Shown here one piece after another: positions 21,301 to 30,849 of a stretch of 64,000 nt of DNA (positions are counted from its first letter, which is position 1; each line of letters opens with the position of its first letter). The stretch is from a virus. Under the pieces are notes generated by a model that searched no databases, was not told the DNA's origin, and worked only from the letters and a program-made list of their open reading frames with translations. The DNA lies in IMG/VR virus record IMGVR_UViG_3300002052_000002, positions 48,901-112,900 of that record. One strand, written 5' to 3'. A program made the translations under genes and the position numbers.

Positions 21301-24300
21301 CTTCCTGAGAAAAAGGAAGCCGTTACTAAACCAGAAGCTTTAACAGAAGGAGAAAAGATTATCACTGGCCTCAGAGAAGAATTAAAGGCTGAAGGCAAGA
21401 AGACTCCTGAAGAAGTTCTTCGAGAAAAAGCCAAAGAACCTACAGAGGCTGAGACTTGGGCTGTGCCTGAAGAGCCAAAGAAAGCTCCAGAAGGCGACAT
21501 TGCGATGGAAGTCACGATGATTAGAACACGGTATAAAGATCGTGCCAATGTAGATAAGATGGCTGAATTATATGAACGATACAGGAAAGAGGGTCTTGAT
21601 GTGCAGGAAGCAGCACAACGTGCTGGCAAGGAAGTTGGATGGGAGGTTAAAGCTCCTGCTCCAAAAGCTGCACCTACTAGAGGAAAGCCCTCTGCTGAGA
21701 AGGCTACGGCTAAATTAGAAAAAGAAATAGATAAGGAACTTAGAGACCTATATAGTTTAGCACTTAATAGAGCCTTAGGGGAAGGATTATCTGAAACTGA
21801 AGCTATTACAAAAGCAGACGCTGCTCTTTCTAAACCAGAGGTTAAAACCTATGTAGAAAATCGTAGGAAAGGAATGAGTAGGGACGAAGCAACTCAGAAA
21901 GTTAGGGATAAGACTACTACTAGAGTTATTCTTCGAAAATCAGATGGAACAGAGCATGTAGTTACTAAGAAAGTTGCTAAGGATGTTGCAGATGCTGCGG
22001 TCGAACAAGTAGATAAGACTGTTGAAACTGCTGTCAAAATGGGAGCAGATCCTGAAATTGCTAAACAGGTTGCAGATTATAGACCCGAAGTAAAATCAGA
22101 TACTTTGATACGGCCAGAAGGGATGGAGCATTATCCAAATCCCAACGAGATCTTTATAAGCGCAATACTATCTCCGACGAAACTGGCGGAGGGATTGCCA
22201 AAGATAAAGAATGAAGTTAAACTCCTTACAGATCAATTAAATCGTATGCTTTCGTCAGCAGAGGGTATAAGAAAGGAGCTTGACAAGCCTGGCTTAAATT
22301 TGGACAAGAGAATGGATTTAGAAGCCAAGATTAGGGCTCAAGCCAATCTTAAGAACCAAATAGTTAGAGAACTAAGTGAGTATACTGCGGCTGCCAGATA
22401 TCTAGAAGAGAATATGAAAGCGGCCCCACAAGCACTTAAAGTTGAAAAACGCTTCCAAGATGCTCAAGGTGGAGTTACAATTATCTCTGAAAAGATTCCT
22501 GGTGGAGACAAGTTCTACATGTTGCAGGATGAGATGGGGCATGCTCCTCATATAGATTCTAGAGTTAAATATGCTGGAGCTGCTGAACTTGCGGAATCAA
22601 AAGATGAAGTTAAAGTTAAGATCTTAAATATAGATAAGAATATTGATCCTAGATTCGGTCGTATGCTTCTAGATTCAATACAAGAGAAGTATATGATGGG
22701 AGAGAAAGGAAAGAAAGTAACACGAGAGCCAGGAGCAGGAGGCTCTATATGGGATGCCGCAGGGGATAAAGATGCGGATAGAATTGTAGAAGAAGTCGGA
22801 TATGATAAAACGAGTAAAGAAGCTGTTGGTAAAGAAGGAGCGTATCAAGAGCAGGGATTACTAGAGAAGTTTTGGTATTCTTGGAGAGGCTATCCAGGAG
22901 AGCGAGAACAATTTAGAACAGCCATGAGAGCTGCTCATGATATTCGTGGTAATATAGATCCTTGGTTGACTGGTGTGGAATCTCGACGAGTTCCTACTAA
23001 AGAAGATATGGTTTCTGTGCTTGATTTAGGATCAGATCCTGTATCAAGTAAAAATCCTATAATTGCATGGGCTGCTGGATTAGCCAAACAGCAAGAAGAA
23101 AGAATGAGCATATATATTAAGAGAGCCACAAAATATTTAGATGAGCATATGGGGTGGTTAAGACAGGATAAAGCAAAGAATAAAGAATTCGTATACCATA
23201 TGCATGGCATAAGGAAGTCTAATGATCCTCGTATATTAGAGACTGAGAAAGCCGTTAGAAGGGTTGAAGATGATGTTGCCCAGATGTTCGATTTGGAGAA
23301 ACGAGGTCTATATAGGAAAGGGCACTTTGGTTTGATTATAGATCGACAAAAAGCTTGGGATTACTTTAGTCAGCCACTAGCTCTGGCAAGCGAATTTAGA
23401 GAATTACCAGTAAAGATTCAAGCAATGTTGACGGAGAATAATTGGGTAAGAGCTAAGTACTTAGTTGACAAGTTTAAAGTTTGGGATAAGATTCCTAGGG
23501 AAGAGAAGGCATGGATTGAAGATCATATTTTTCCTTGGGGAGGCATATTCACTGATTGGATGAAATCTCCTGGATTCTTACAGAGGATGTTGCCTAAGGA
23601 ATATCATGTGAAATACTTCCAGGAAAGAAAATCTAATATGGAATTCTTGGCAAAAGAAGACGCCTGGAATACTATGCAGATATATCTACATAGTGCTGTT
23701 AGAGGCGGGATGTGGAATGATTATTTGCAGACAGTACGTCCAGTAATAAATCAATTGAATTTTGCCAATAAACCAGGGAGCGTTAGACATTACTTAGAAA
23801 CCTATGTTAAGAACCTAGTGTATCCTGATACTGGATATCTGGATACTAAGTGGAATTCTTTAGTGATGGAAGTCGGTAGAATTCTTGGACGGGATTTTGG
23901 TGGAGCGGCTTACTTTATGCCAAGAAAACTAGCTGCCATGTATGGCAGAGCATTATATAGAGGAGCTTTAGGACCAGATACTGCAGTACGAAATTTAACA
24001 CAAACTCTACATACTTGGGCAAACTCTGGGGAGCTCTCTACTTTAACTGGTTTGAGAGACTACCTGCATGGTATCACTACTCAGAAACTAGAGAAGGTTG
24101 GAGTGAAAGTAAAAGTTCCTAAGAAATTCAAAGATTTCAAAGAATATTATGACATAGTTGACGAGTTTTTAGGGCATGATTTTGAGAAATTGTATAAGAA
24201 TGATAAGACCACTATGGATAATATAAGGAAGGCATCTACTTGGATTACAAGGATGGCCCTATTCCCTATGCATCTTACTGAAAATATTAATAAAGGTATT

Positions 24301-25392
24301 GCATACATGGCAGGATTGCATGAAGGAATAGAAAAAGGATTAGATTATAGAACTTCACACTTAATAGGAGTAAGTAAAGCTTCTAAATTCCAAAACTTCG
24401 ATTTAAGAATGACAGAAGCACAATGGTATGCGGTAAATAAGATGACGGAGTCACAATATGGGTACACTACAGTCCATACATCTCCTTATCTATATGGTAC
24501 TGGAAAGAAGTTCTTTACTCCATTTTGGTCATTCCCTTTGAAAACTTTCCAATTCTTAGGAAATGGCATTAAAGAAAGTTTTATATCTGAAGATGCAGCC
24601 AGGTTAACTAGATTCTTAGCCCTAACAGGATTCTTCGCATCTGCTCCAGTTATACTAGCTGAGATGCTAGGAGTTGATACATTCGCTCTTTGGGGCAAAG
24701 GAGCACTCCCCTTTAATATCTACCCAGCCTGGATGAAGGGAATGGGAGATATCTATACTGCCCTTGGTGGGAATGATCCAAGTTACTTAGACCAAGAGCG
24801 GGCACAAAGAGCTGGTATGAGTTTTGTTGGATTATTGGCTGTTCCACAATGGAGAGCAGGGAAAAAGCTTATAAAGAATATCGAAGATCTACAAAAAGGA
24901 TATGAGACTTGGGGTCCTGGAGAGCATCCATTTAACTCGATTAATATAGCTTCAGTAATTCTAAAGATGTGTGGATTCCCTCCGATAGAGTCTAAAGAAG
25001 CTAGAGACCTATTGAAGGAACTTCGTAGAGAAGAAATGAGTGTCTACAAGAAGCATGATTATGTAAAGAAAATTGCAGATATATATGAGAAAGGTGGCAT
25101 GAAAGCCATTGACAGTGTTAGAAAGATAATTGGTAAGGCTAGAGAGGAGGGTATAAATATTAGGCCACAGGATATATCTAGTTATCGTAGATTAAGAGAA
25201 CTAGACATCTACACTATGAAGCTACTCCGTGGTAAGAAAGAGCTTAGAAGAGGAATCTGGGGAGAAAGGCTACGAGAGGCTAGAGAAGAATATCTTGGAA
25301 AGAAGAAGTATGGTACACGACCTATCTGGTCATTACCAAGACAAATAGAACCTAGGGAAGAGGAGAGCTTCCAGGGTATAGGAGAAGAATAA
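18394..25392 (+). CDS. Large ejection/polyvalent protein with an internal GNAT acetyltransferase domain
   Basis: 2332 aa; Gly-rich hydrophobic N-region; V.PEFTRKGIGTAM GNAT motif A at about 20900; internal helical repeats; helical C-terminal region. Confidence 0.7.
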   Translation: MPLEEQVQQLIDLIKEKEEPTVAPTPTPKPTAPEEPAAPTGEGVADVLAMQREQTAPFMITQRDIGALGHLLTGFKLGLYGELDFLDKASEWVSNLTGLEKGGVFGELRDKVAPEDYELSDTGLTATILRAVGMLPVQLGAAMMAGGIGGGILKIARLPQAVILGRGGISLARGAAMPLKGARMFGLGMPTGFGLMGAARAGVQPEPSAAEMIKHGLTGAGMGFGLEALAPMRAIARIPGTAGIFGGLTALEGAPAEETIAQTLVGGLLGLLGRRPKYPEAPLPTAEVPAAAGVPPRAPEQMGLPLRVRRPMAPIEEGVEQLPLPLRVTEPMEREAPPKVAAPVVEKPTTVEAQPKPDSLYISRNEIIDGLVVKKDFRRGVLEQLSDPVLAWLNTSKTIKGSQVTFDPTTKAVIKKVGRKRVVGKMTDKELVDESNTTMSMTRYNQVMTELKSRQLRDIALGKERVDLAEEVSVREPVRKPTVAEGMEGATPVERIPYRNALVQAAYGEITEGFPEKRLTIDEFLETAKGVYKLTPEERIELTRLLNGEGWRIIGEGETLDKLVGRRIEEQMKEPPRVPEELTAEEIKAIAKQDWEKTHDEYLKKAREDKLIPSEEEYNKLSLSEKEEITDFLDDVYELYGEIEALKAQKKFDKKTANTYSRKVGIVKGNINRIFSAAMRERAGRVKVPEEMVRKYGLPEEKPEKVEVPKKVPEKVREITGAKALYIDKAVELWGEKARMNLASLSVTDLMRIVEGKLTPEEYSITPSGRLVKIPSKVAKPVEIKGLKVRFKEHPEDPNIMTAIAGVPGAEAIGLWSIRLPVERKPGEKVGWYSIEADVTPEFTRKGIGTAMFDAIEKQYGEHLGRVGELTGAGAKFVEGLKRKGRKYKDIDVEEVGIEPEAPPKVEAPIKAPKLSKKEEAGIKLELTTIREKYTGRPDLEKIVASYEKHRRSGLNIKAAVEAMRQEIGLPEKKEAVTKPEALTEGEKIITGLREELKAEGKKTPEEVLREKAKEPTEAETWAVPEEPKKAPEGDIAMEVTMIRTRYKDRANVDKMAELYERYRKEGLDVQEAAQRAGKEVGWEVKAPAPKAAPTRGKPSAEKATAKLEKEIDKELRDLYSLALNRALGEGLSETEAITKADAALSKPEVKTYVENRRKGMSRDEATQKVRDKTTTRVILRKSDGTEHVVTKKVAKDVADAAVEQVDKTVETAVKMGADPEIAKQVADYRPEVKSDTLIRPEGMEHYPNPNEIFISAILSPTKLAEGLPKIKNEVKLLTDQLNRMLSSAEGIRKELDKPGLNLDKRMDLEAKIRAQANLKNQIVRELSEYTAAARYLEENMKAAPQALKVEKRFQDAQGGVTIISEKIPGGDKFYMLQDEMGHAPHIDSRVKYAGAAELAESKDEVKVKILNIDKNIDPRFGRMLLDSIQEKYMMGEKGKKVTREPGAGGSIWDAAGDKDADRIVEEVGYDKTSKEAVGKEGAYQEQGLLEKFWYSWRGYPGEREQFRTAMRAAHDIRGNIDPWLTGVESRRVPTKEDMVSVLDLGSDPVSSKNPIIAWAAGLAKQQEERMSIYIKRATKYLDEHMGWLRQDKAKNKEFVYHMHGIRKSNDPRILETEKAVRRVEDDVAQMFDLEKRGLYRKGHFGLIIDRQKAWDYFSQPLALASEFRELPVKIQAMLTENNWVRAKYLVDKFKVWDKIPREEKAWIEDHIFPWGGIFTDWMKSPGFLQRMLPKEYHVKYFQERKSNMEFLAKEDAWNTMQIYLHSAVRGGMWNDYLQTVRPVINQLNFANKPGSVRHYLETYVKNLVYPDTGYLDTKWNSLVMEVGRILGRDFGGAAYFMPRKLAAMYGRALYRGALGPDTAVRNLTQTLHTWANSGELSTLTGLRDYLHGITTQKLEKVGVKVKVPKKFKDFKEYYDIVDEFLGHDFEKLYKNDKTTMDNIRKASTWITRMALFPMHLTENINKGIAYMAGLHEGIEKGLDYRTSHLIGVSKASKFQNFDLRMTEAQWYAVNKMTESQYGYTTVHTSPYLYGTGKKFFTPFWSFPLKTFQFLGNGIKESFISEDAARLTRFLALTGFFASAPVILAEMLGVDTFALWGKGALPFNIYPAWMKGMGDIYTALGGNDPSYLDQERAQRAGMSFVGLLAVPQWRAGKKLIKNIEDLQKGYETWGPGEHPFNSINIASVILKMCGFPPIESKEARDLLKELRREEMSVYKKHDYVKKIADIYEKGGMKAIDSVRKIIGKAREEGINIRPQDISSYRRLRELDIYTMKLLRGKKELRRGIWGERLREAREEYLGKKKYGTRPIWSLPRQIEPREEESFQGIGEE

Positions 25393-26423
25393 TGAATATA
25401 TTTATGATAAGTAACTTTGGAGAAAGCGTAGCTTTGGCACAGGCTTTGGAAAAAGAGAAACATGAACTCTCCTTCTTTATTAAGAAACGTCCATATAAGA
25501 AAATAGGAGATGGACTAGTAAACAAAGTGTCGGATCCTGGTTCTTTATTTACTAAATCGGATTTGATAATTGTGGATGACATTGGATCAGGAGCTTTTGT
25601 AGATAAGGCCAAAAAGATGGGACACTCAGTCATTGGACCAGGAACGGCTATAGAGAATCTGGCAACTGATTTTAGTCTTATGATAGATGTTCTCTCCGCT
25701 CTTAAAGTCAAAATAGCTACTGATAAAACTGAAGGTCAAATGGCTGTTGTTGGGGCATGGTTTGATGGAGAGAAATTTATTAAGCCTATACTAGTTGGAA
25801 CTAAATATGTGAGATTTGCGGCTGGAGATCTAGGTCCCGTAACACGAGGTACTGGAATCTGTGCTATGTCTTCCATTAGATCTAAGTTATTTCATGAGAC
25901 ATTATCTAATTTACAAGCATTCTTGGCATCGGTAAACTTTGTAGGATTTATCAGTCTAGATTGCTTAATAAATAATGATACTGTACATGTGAAATCTATA
26001 CATCCTTCTTTAGGATTTCCAAATGGAATAATTATGAGTGAGATGTTTTTAAACTCAGCGGGAGATTTCTTGAAGAAATTATACAATAAAGAAGTATCTA
26101 ATGCCCCTGTAAGGATAGACCGTATTCATGTGGGAATTCCTATATTCGTGCCAAATTGGCCTATATTACTTTCAGATTCTTTAGTAGAAATAAATACTCC
26201 AGCTTTTATCCCAATAGGAGTATCTAAAGAAGAAGATTATATACAGATGAGGATAGATGGCCTAGCTGGAATGGCAGTAGGGCATGGTTCCTCTGTCGTG
26301 GAAGCACGAAATATAGCCTATAAGGCAGCAAATAAAATTAAACATCCTAATGTATTATATAGGAATGATATTGAATTAGATAATCAATTCAATAGATTAA
26401 GAGAAAAGGGTTGGTGGAAGTAA
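25392..26423 (+). CDS. PurD-like (GAR synthetase-like) ATP-grasp protein, degenerate
   Basis: VGAWFDG, GDLGP.T.G.G and G.G.SV.EAR..AY....YRNDI motifs; lid domain and catalytic residues appear missing. Confidence 0.65.
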   Translation: MNIFMISNFGESVALAQALEKEKHELSFFIKKRPYKKIGDGLVNKVSDPGSLFTKSDLIIVDDIGSGAFVDKAKKMGHSVIGPGTAIENLATDFSLMIDVLSALKVKIATDKTEGQMAVVGAWFDGEKFIKPILVGTKYVRFAAGDLGPVTRGTGICAMSSIRSKLFHETLSNLQAFLASVNFVGFISLDCLINNDTVHVKSIHPSLGFPNGIIMSEMFLNSAGDFLKKLYNKEVSNAPVRIDRIHVGIPIFVPNWPILLSDSLVEINTPAFIPIGVSKEEDYIQMRIDGLAGMAVGHGSSVVEARNIAYKAANKIKHPNVLYRNDIELDNQFNRLREKGWWK

Positions 26424-27748
26424 TGCCCTTAGCGGATGACCTGTCTAAGGTTAAATATGGCCCATCTAGTAGTCCATATGGTGGATCACCGTACGCAGGA
26501 GCAGCAGGCTCACTCGCAGGTGGAGCTGCTAGTACTTTACTAGGTAGCCTATTAGATTATTCAAATCCTTATCAAAGATCTCTTGGCAAACTTGGTGGAC
26601 AGCTAGCTGGAGGCCTCACTAGTGCGATGCTACAACCAGGGCCTTTTGATTTAGGACAATGGGCAACTTATGGAGGATTACCTGCATTAGGTGGGACTGT
26701 AGGAGGACTTCTAGGAGGAATGGTCGATGAACAATGGGGAGCTCCTGTTGGTTCATATCTTGGAAGTTTAGGGGTGAACGCATTACTAGGAGCGCCAGCG
26801 TTAGCATCTGGTTTAATGGGACTTCCTAATTTAGCATTGGGTATCGGTACTCAATTCATAGACGATCCACAACTTAGACAAGCTCTTAATGTAGGACTTT
26901 CACCAATGTTAAGTACTGTAACTCCTTGGATTGGAGAAGCTCTTGGTTTAATATCCGCACCCCTTGCAACTAGTATGATGTGGGCAGGCCCAATTGGTGC
27001 GGCGCTTGGGATGGGATTGGCCGCATGGCAAGGACATAAAGAACATAAAGCAAAACAGCATATGAGTGAGAAACAACATTATGCTTATTATACTGGATTA
27101 AAAGAGGCGGAACCAGCATTATCTCAAATAACAGAAGATATATTTGATATAGGGCGACAAAGAATACTTGAAATAGAAGCTAGGGGAGAAAACCCAGCGG
27201 ATTATGGATTAGATAGATTTGGATTTACACAAGACGAATGGAACTATGTATCAGGTCAAATGAGACAGGGAGCAGCTAGTACGCAACTTGGTCAAACGGA
27301 CATAAGAGTACCAGGAACAGGATTTGAGAGAGGAACTTTTGTACCGGCAACCCCAGCAGAGGCAGCATTTACTCCGTCATGGGCCATAAGATCGTCTTAC
27401 GCACATCATCCGGCACCAATGAGGGATGTACAGCAGTATGAACAATGGTTATACAATATGGCTGGTGGGATGGCCCCATTCTTAGAGCCAGGACAAAGAT
27501 CTGGAAGTCCAAAAGATATAGATAATTATATTGCCTATCTAAATTATGAAACTGCTAAAATGTTAGGAGAGGAATATGATCCAACATTATATTCAGGATC
27601 GTATGAACCAGTTTCAAAGACAATAACAAGATATCAGAAAGAGAGAGCTGCAGCAGAGCGATACGAAGCCTATCAACAGAAATTAGAAGAAGAACAACGG
27701 GCACAGGCAGCATTAATGGAACAATATGGAGATATGGGAGGCTATTAA
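26423..27748 (+). CDS. Gly-rich putative ejection / membrane-inserting virion protein
   Basis: Glycine-zipper hydrophobic N-half; TAATG coupling. Confidence 0.5.
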   Translation: MPLADDLSKVKYGPSSSPYGGSPYAGAAGSLAGGAASTLLGSLLDYSNPYQRSLGKLGGQLAGGLTSAMLQPGPFDLGQWATYGGLPALGGTVGGLLGGMVDEQWGAPVGSYLGSLGVNALLGAPALASGLMGLPNLALGIGTQFIDDPQLRQALNVGLSPMLSTVTPWIGEALGLISAPLATSMMWAGPIGAALGMGLAAWQGHKEHKAKQHMSEKQHYAYYTGLKEAEPALSQITEDIFDIGRQRILEIEARGENPADYGLDRFGFTQDEWNYVSGQMRQGAASTQLGQTDIRVPGTGFERGTFVPATPAEAAFTPSWAIRSSYAHHPAPMRDVQQYEQWLYNMAGGMAPFLEPGQRSGSPKDIDNYIAYLNYETAKMLGEEYDPTLYSGSYEPVSKTITRYQKERAAAERYEAYQQKLEEEQRAQAALMEQYGDMGGY

Positions 27749-28662
27749 TGCCATATCCTGATATAACAACAACAGAATTAATAAAGGCAGGAGCTACTCC
27801 AGAAGAAGCTCAAATGATAGCAGAATGGGAAGAAAATGCTAGAACACAAGCATTATCCTGGATTGCACAGGAATACCCTTGGATGTACAGTCAGGTAAAG
27901 AATATGAATATTGGTGTTCCAACTCCCTCTAGATTGAAAACCTTCTTTGGAGAACCAAAAGCCCCTGTTGAAGGAATGACTAAAACGTATCCTATAAATA
28001 TAGGATGGGGGGATGTATTAGCAGATAGACTTCCTTCAAGAATGTACGGAGTTGGAGTTCAAGAAACTCCAAATGTATTATTTAGTTTGGCCGCGACAGA
28101 TCTTCCAGGTGTAATTGGACATGAATTATTCCATAAAGTACAAAAATACCCCGAAGCTTCTGATATTATAAAAGAATATATGAAAACATTTTGGGGATCA
28201 CAACGAGGAGCAACATATTGGGAAGGATATTCTCCAGAAATAGATCCTTATGGTGCAGTTGCAGAGATAATGGCTAGACAAATTTTCAATCCAGGCATGC
28301 AATGGAATTTTGAAAGGATGCGGGGACCTCTATTACAATTTACTCCAAAAGAAGAAAGTCTTATTCAAGATATGAGAAGATGGTTGAGAACGGGCTCGAC
28401 AGGATTTCAAGTAAATCCAGAATATCACGGAGTAGAAGTCCCAGGCCCTGGCGGAACTGTATCTAGTGAGAGAACTATTACTATAGAGATGGATGGTATG
28501 TACTATAATATACCTACATTAGTTGGGGGAGAACAATTAACTACAGATGAGGCTGTAAGACAATTTAAAGAGGGCAAGATCCCTGCCGTTGGAGTAGCTG
28601 ATACTAGAGAAGCAGCGGTAAAGGGAGCCCAAGAACGCAGCGGGATGCTAGGAGGACAGTAA
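27748..28662 (+). CDS. Zincin metallopeptidase-domain protein
   Basis: GHELFH with downstream E (AEIMAR); separate C-terminal SERTIT...NIPTL domain. Confidence 0.55.
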   Translation: MPYPDITTTELIKAGATPEEAQMIAEWEENARTQALSWIAQEYPWMYSQVKNMNIGVPTPSRLKTFFGEPKAPVEGMTKTYPINIGWGDVLADRLPSRMYGVGVQETPNVLFSLAATDLPGVIGHELFHKVQKYPEASDIIKEYMKTFWGSQRGATYWEGYSPEIDPYGAVAEIMARQIFNPGMQWNFERMRGPLLQFTPKEESLIQDMRRWLRTGSTGFQVNPEYHGVEVPGPGGTVSSERTITIEMDGMYYNIPTLVGGEQLTTDEAVRQFKEGKIPAVGVADTREAAVKGAQERSGMLGGQ

Positions 28663-28663
28663 G

Positions 28664-28933
28664 ATGTTAGATGCACAATTGATAGATTTCATGACTGAAA
28701 CAGCGAAATCTTTAGGTGAGATAAAAGCTACTCAAAGAGCGATGAAAGAGGATATCACAGAGATGAAGGAACAATGTAAAGAAATTCCTACTATGAAGCA
28801 GAGTCTCACTAATCATTTGTCTACTCATGATAAATTAAAAAACCGCCTCCTATATCCTATTTTTGTAGGAATATGTATTACTATAGCTGGTATAGCTGGT
28901 GGAATCTCTAAATATGTACTTCATTTATTTTAA
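28664..28933 (+). CDS. Coiled-coil protein with a C-terminal TM helix (XhlA/holin-like)
   Basis: Heptad N-terminus, hydrophobic C-terminus. Confidence 0.5.
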   Translation: MLDAQLIDFMTETAKSLGEIKATQRAMKEDITEMKEQCKEIPTMKQSLTNHLSTHDKLKNRLLYPIFVGICITIAGIAGGISKYVLHLF

Positions 28934-28942
28934 GGTGATACA

Positions 28943-30367
28943 ATGGTAGAACGCTATATAGATCCTGAAAGACTAAGAGAAATGGAAGAAGCTAAGCAGT
29001 TCCCTACTGGTCCATTAGAACTAGGAGGAGTAACAGAACAGCCATTCACTTGGCACGATCTCCTAACTCTATTTGAACCTAGGGCTACTGAGGCTGGAAG
29101 AGAAGATATCGAAAAACGATTAAAAGAAGGTACTAAAGAATTTAAGGAATATGTTAAAGAACCAGCAGGAGAAGAAGGCGAAGCAATGAAATGGCTAGGC
29201 CACATGACTTCTCCTGGAGGATTCCTCTCCATACCAGGAGTAGCAGACATCGGCAGTGCCATTTGGGATATAATTGATCTTCCAGGGCTAGATATTAAAG
29301 ATATTCCTAGATTAGCAGGCAAAGCTCTTGGGCCAGAAGCCTTAACGGCCTGGTTGAAATTCATGGTTAGACCAGAAGCTAGACATCTATGGGGGCCTAG
29401 GGCCATAAAATATTGGGACGAGCTTGTACAAGAAGCCAAACATCTATCTCCTCGTACTGCTAGATATACTGAAAGAGCTGGAGAAGGTAGATTTGGAGTA
29501 CCACTGTGGGGAGGCAGAAGAGCTACCACAGGAGAAATAGCAGAGCAAGGTGGTAGGGAACTTGGACTATCAGCACAGATATTCTATAAGCCAGAATTTG
29601 ATTATAGAGATTGGTGGGCGTGGTCAAAAGGATATAAGACTGGTAAGACTAGACTTGCCAATTTAGCAACTGTTATACATGAGGAAGTTCATGCTGCATT
29701 TCGCAAAGGAGATCCAGCATTAGACGCATTAGCGCAGCAAGTGCATAGAATAATTGGAGAAAAGGATCTTAAGAGAGCATTTAGTCATGTACCAAAATAT
29801 ACTAAAGATACTTCCCAAGAACTCGCTGAAGAAGTGGTAGCTAGAGCATATGCAAGTGCTTTAACTGGTTCTAGGTCAACTGTACATATAAGTAGAATAA
29901 TGGATGATCCTACTTTTACTGCAGCTTTACAATATGCTGCAAAGAATCCAGATGCTGGTGTATGGGAACTTCAAAGGAAATTTCCAAAATTGTTTCCTGC
30001 GGATTATAAATATATGCCAACTAAAACAGCAAGAAGAACTATAGTAGATCAAAGAACTGAATTATCTAAAGCCTATACAGAAGAAGAAATAAGAAGGATG
30101 CGTAGAGAAGAAGTTCGGAAAACGACGGCGAAGCCTGCTGGGGGAGCCAAGAAGATAACTAGTCAAGAGAAAGGCACACGAGTCATGGAAGCCCCCACTG
30201 AACTTACTCCCGCCCAAAGAGAGACTGGAACATGGATTAGAGTGGGCGATAAGTATGTGAATTTTATGGACGATCCACGAATGTGGCCAGCTAGTGTTGA
30301 GCCAGACGCTAGAGATACCCTTCTGAGATTGAGGGCTCAGGAGCTTTATAGGCGAAAGACTAAATAA
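28943..30367 (+). CDS. Zincin metallopeptidase-domain protein
   Basis: TVIHEEVHA plus AEEVVA third-ligand motif. Confidence 0.55.
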   Translation: MVERYIDPERLREMEEAKQFPTGPLELGGVTEQPFTWHDLLTLFEPRATEAGREDIEKRLKEGTKEFKEYVKEPAGEEGEAMKWLGHMTSPGGFLSIPGVADIGSAIWDIIDLPGLDIKDIPRLAGKALGPEALTAWLKFMVRPEARHLWGPRAIKYWDELVQEAKHLSPRTARYTERAGEGRFGVPLWGGRRATTGEIAEQGGRELGLSAQIFYKPEFDYRDWWAWSKGYKTGKTRLANLATVIHEEVHAAFRKGDPALDALAQQVHRIIGEKDLKRAFSHVPKYTKDTSQELAEEVVARAYASALTGSRSTVHISRIMDDPTFTAALQYAAKNPDAGVWELQRKFPKLFPADYKYMPTKTARRTIVDQRTELSKAYTEEEIRRMRREEVRKTTAKPAGGAKKITSQEKGTRVMEAPTELTPAQRETGTWIRVGDKYVNFMDDPRMWPASVEPDARDTLLRLRAQELYRRKTK

Positions 30368-30380
30368 ATAGGCAACTTAC

Positions 30381-30420
30381 CGGAAATTACGACACTTTTT
30401 AGGAGGTGGCCATATATATA
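30381..30420 (+). promoter_or_regulatory. Promoter-like motif, copy 1 (CGGAAATTAC-N22-TATATATA)
   Basis: Intergenic; same blocks and spacing as the copy at 50814-50853 on the - strand. Confidence 0.65.
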
Positions 30421-30435
30421 GTATATGGAGACATA

Positions 30436-30831
30436 GTGAAAAAACTTCTATGTGTAGTAATCACAATTTCCCTCCTTTTAATTCCCACCTATATTCCAGC
30501 TAAAGAAATTTCCTATATAGATCAGCAAGTTAGACAATTTAAATCAATTCTTGCTGGAAAACCTGAATGGGAAGTTACATTAGATGGACATAAGTATATG
30601 ATTGAGTACAAAGAAAAGTCTAAAGTCCTAACGTTTTCAGAGAGTTGCGAAGGTCTCTGGCTTAAAGTATATTATTTTGAGAAAACAGGACAGTTTAGTT
30701 GGGAGGGCTACGTAGAAGATCGAATGCTCCCCTTTCAATCAATATCAAAGCAGAGAGGCTCTGCTTTGATGGATATGTTTTTAGATAGATTAGAAGAAAA
30801 AGGCTTAGCAGCTCCATTAATGGAGATCTAA
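30436..30831 (+). CDS. Secreted hypothetical protein (moron-like)
   Basis: GGAG RBS with GTG start at 30436; MKKLLCVVITISLLL signal peptide. Confidence 0.55.
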   Translation: MKKLLCVVITISLLLIPTYIPAKEISYIDQQVRQFKSILAGKPEWEVTLDGHKYMIEYKEKSKVLTFSESCEGLWLKVYYFEKTGQFSWEGYVEDRMLPFQSISKQRGSALMDMFLDRLEEKGLAAPLMEI

Positions 30832-30849
30832 GAAGGAGGTGTATTGACG

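Noticed and set aside
20568-21629. 353-aa antisense ORF and the other opposite-strand ORFs in the track
   Set aside because: They are shadows of long sense genes, Ser/Leu/Phe-rich, with no RBS or motifs.
25392-26423. Functional purD auxiliary metabolic gene, or PurZ-type Z-genome
   Set aside because: Catalytic motifs are degenerate; PurZ is PurA-like, not PurD-like, and none is present in the window.
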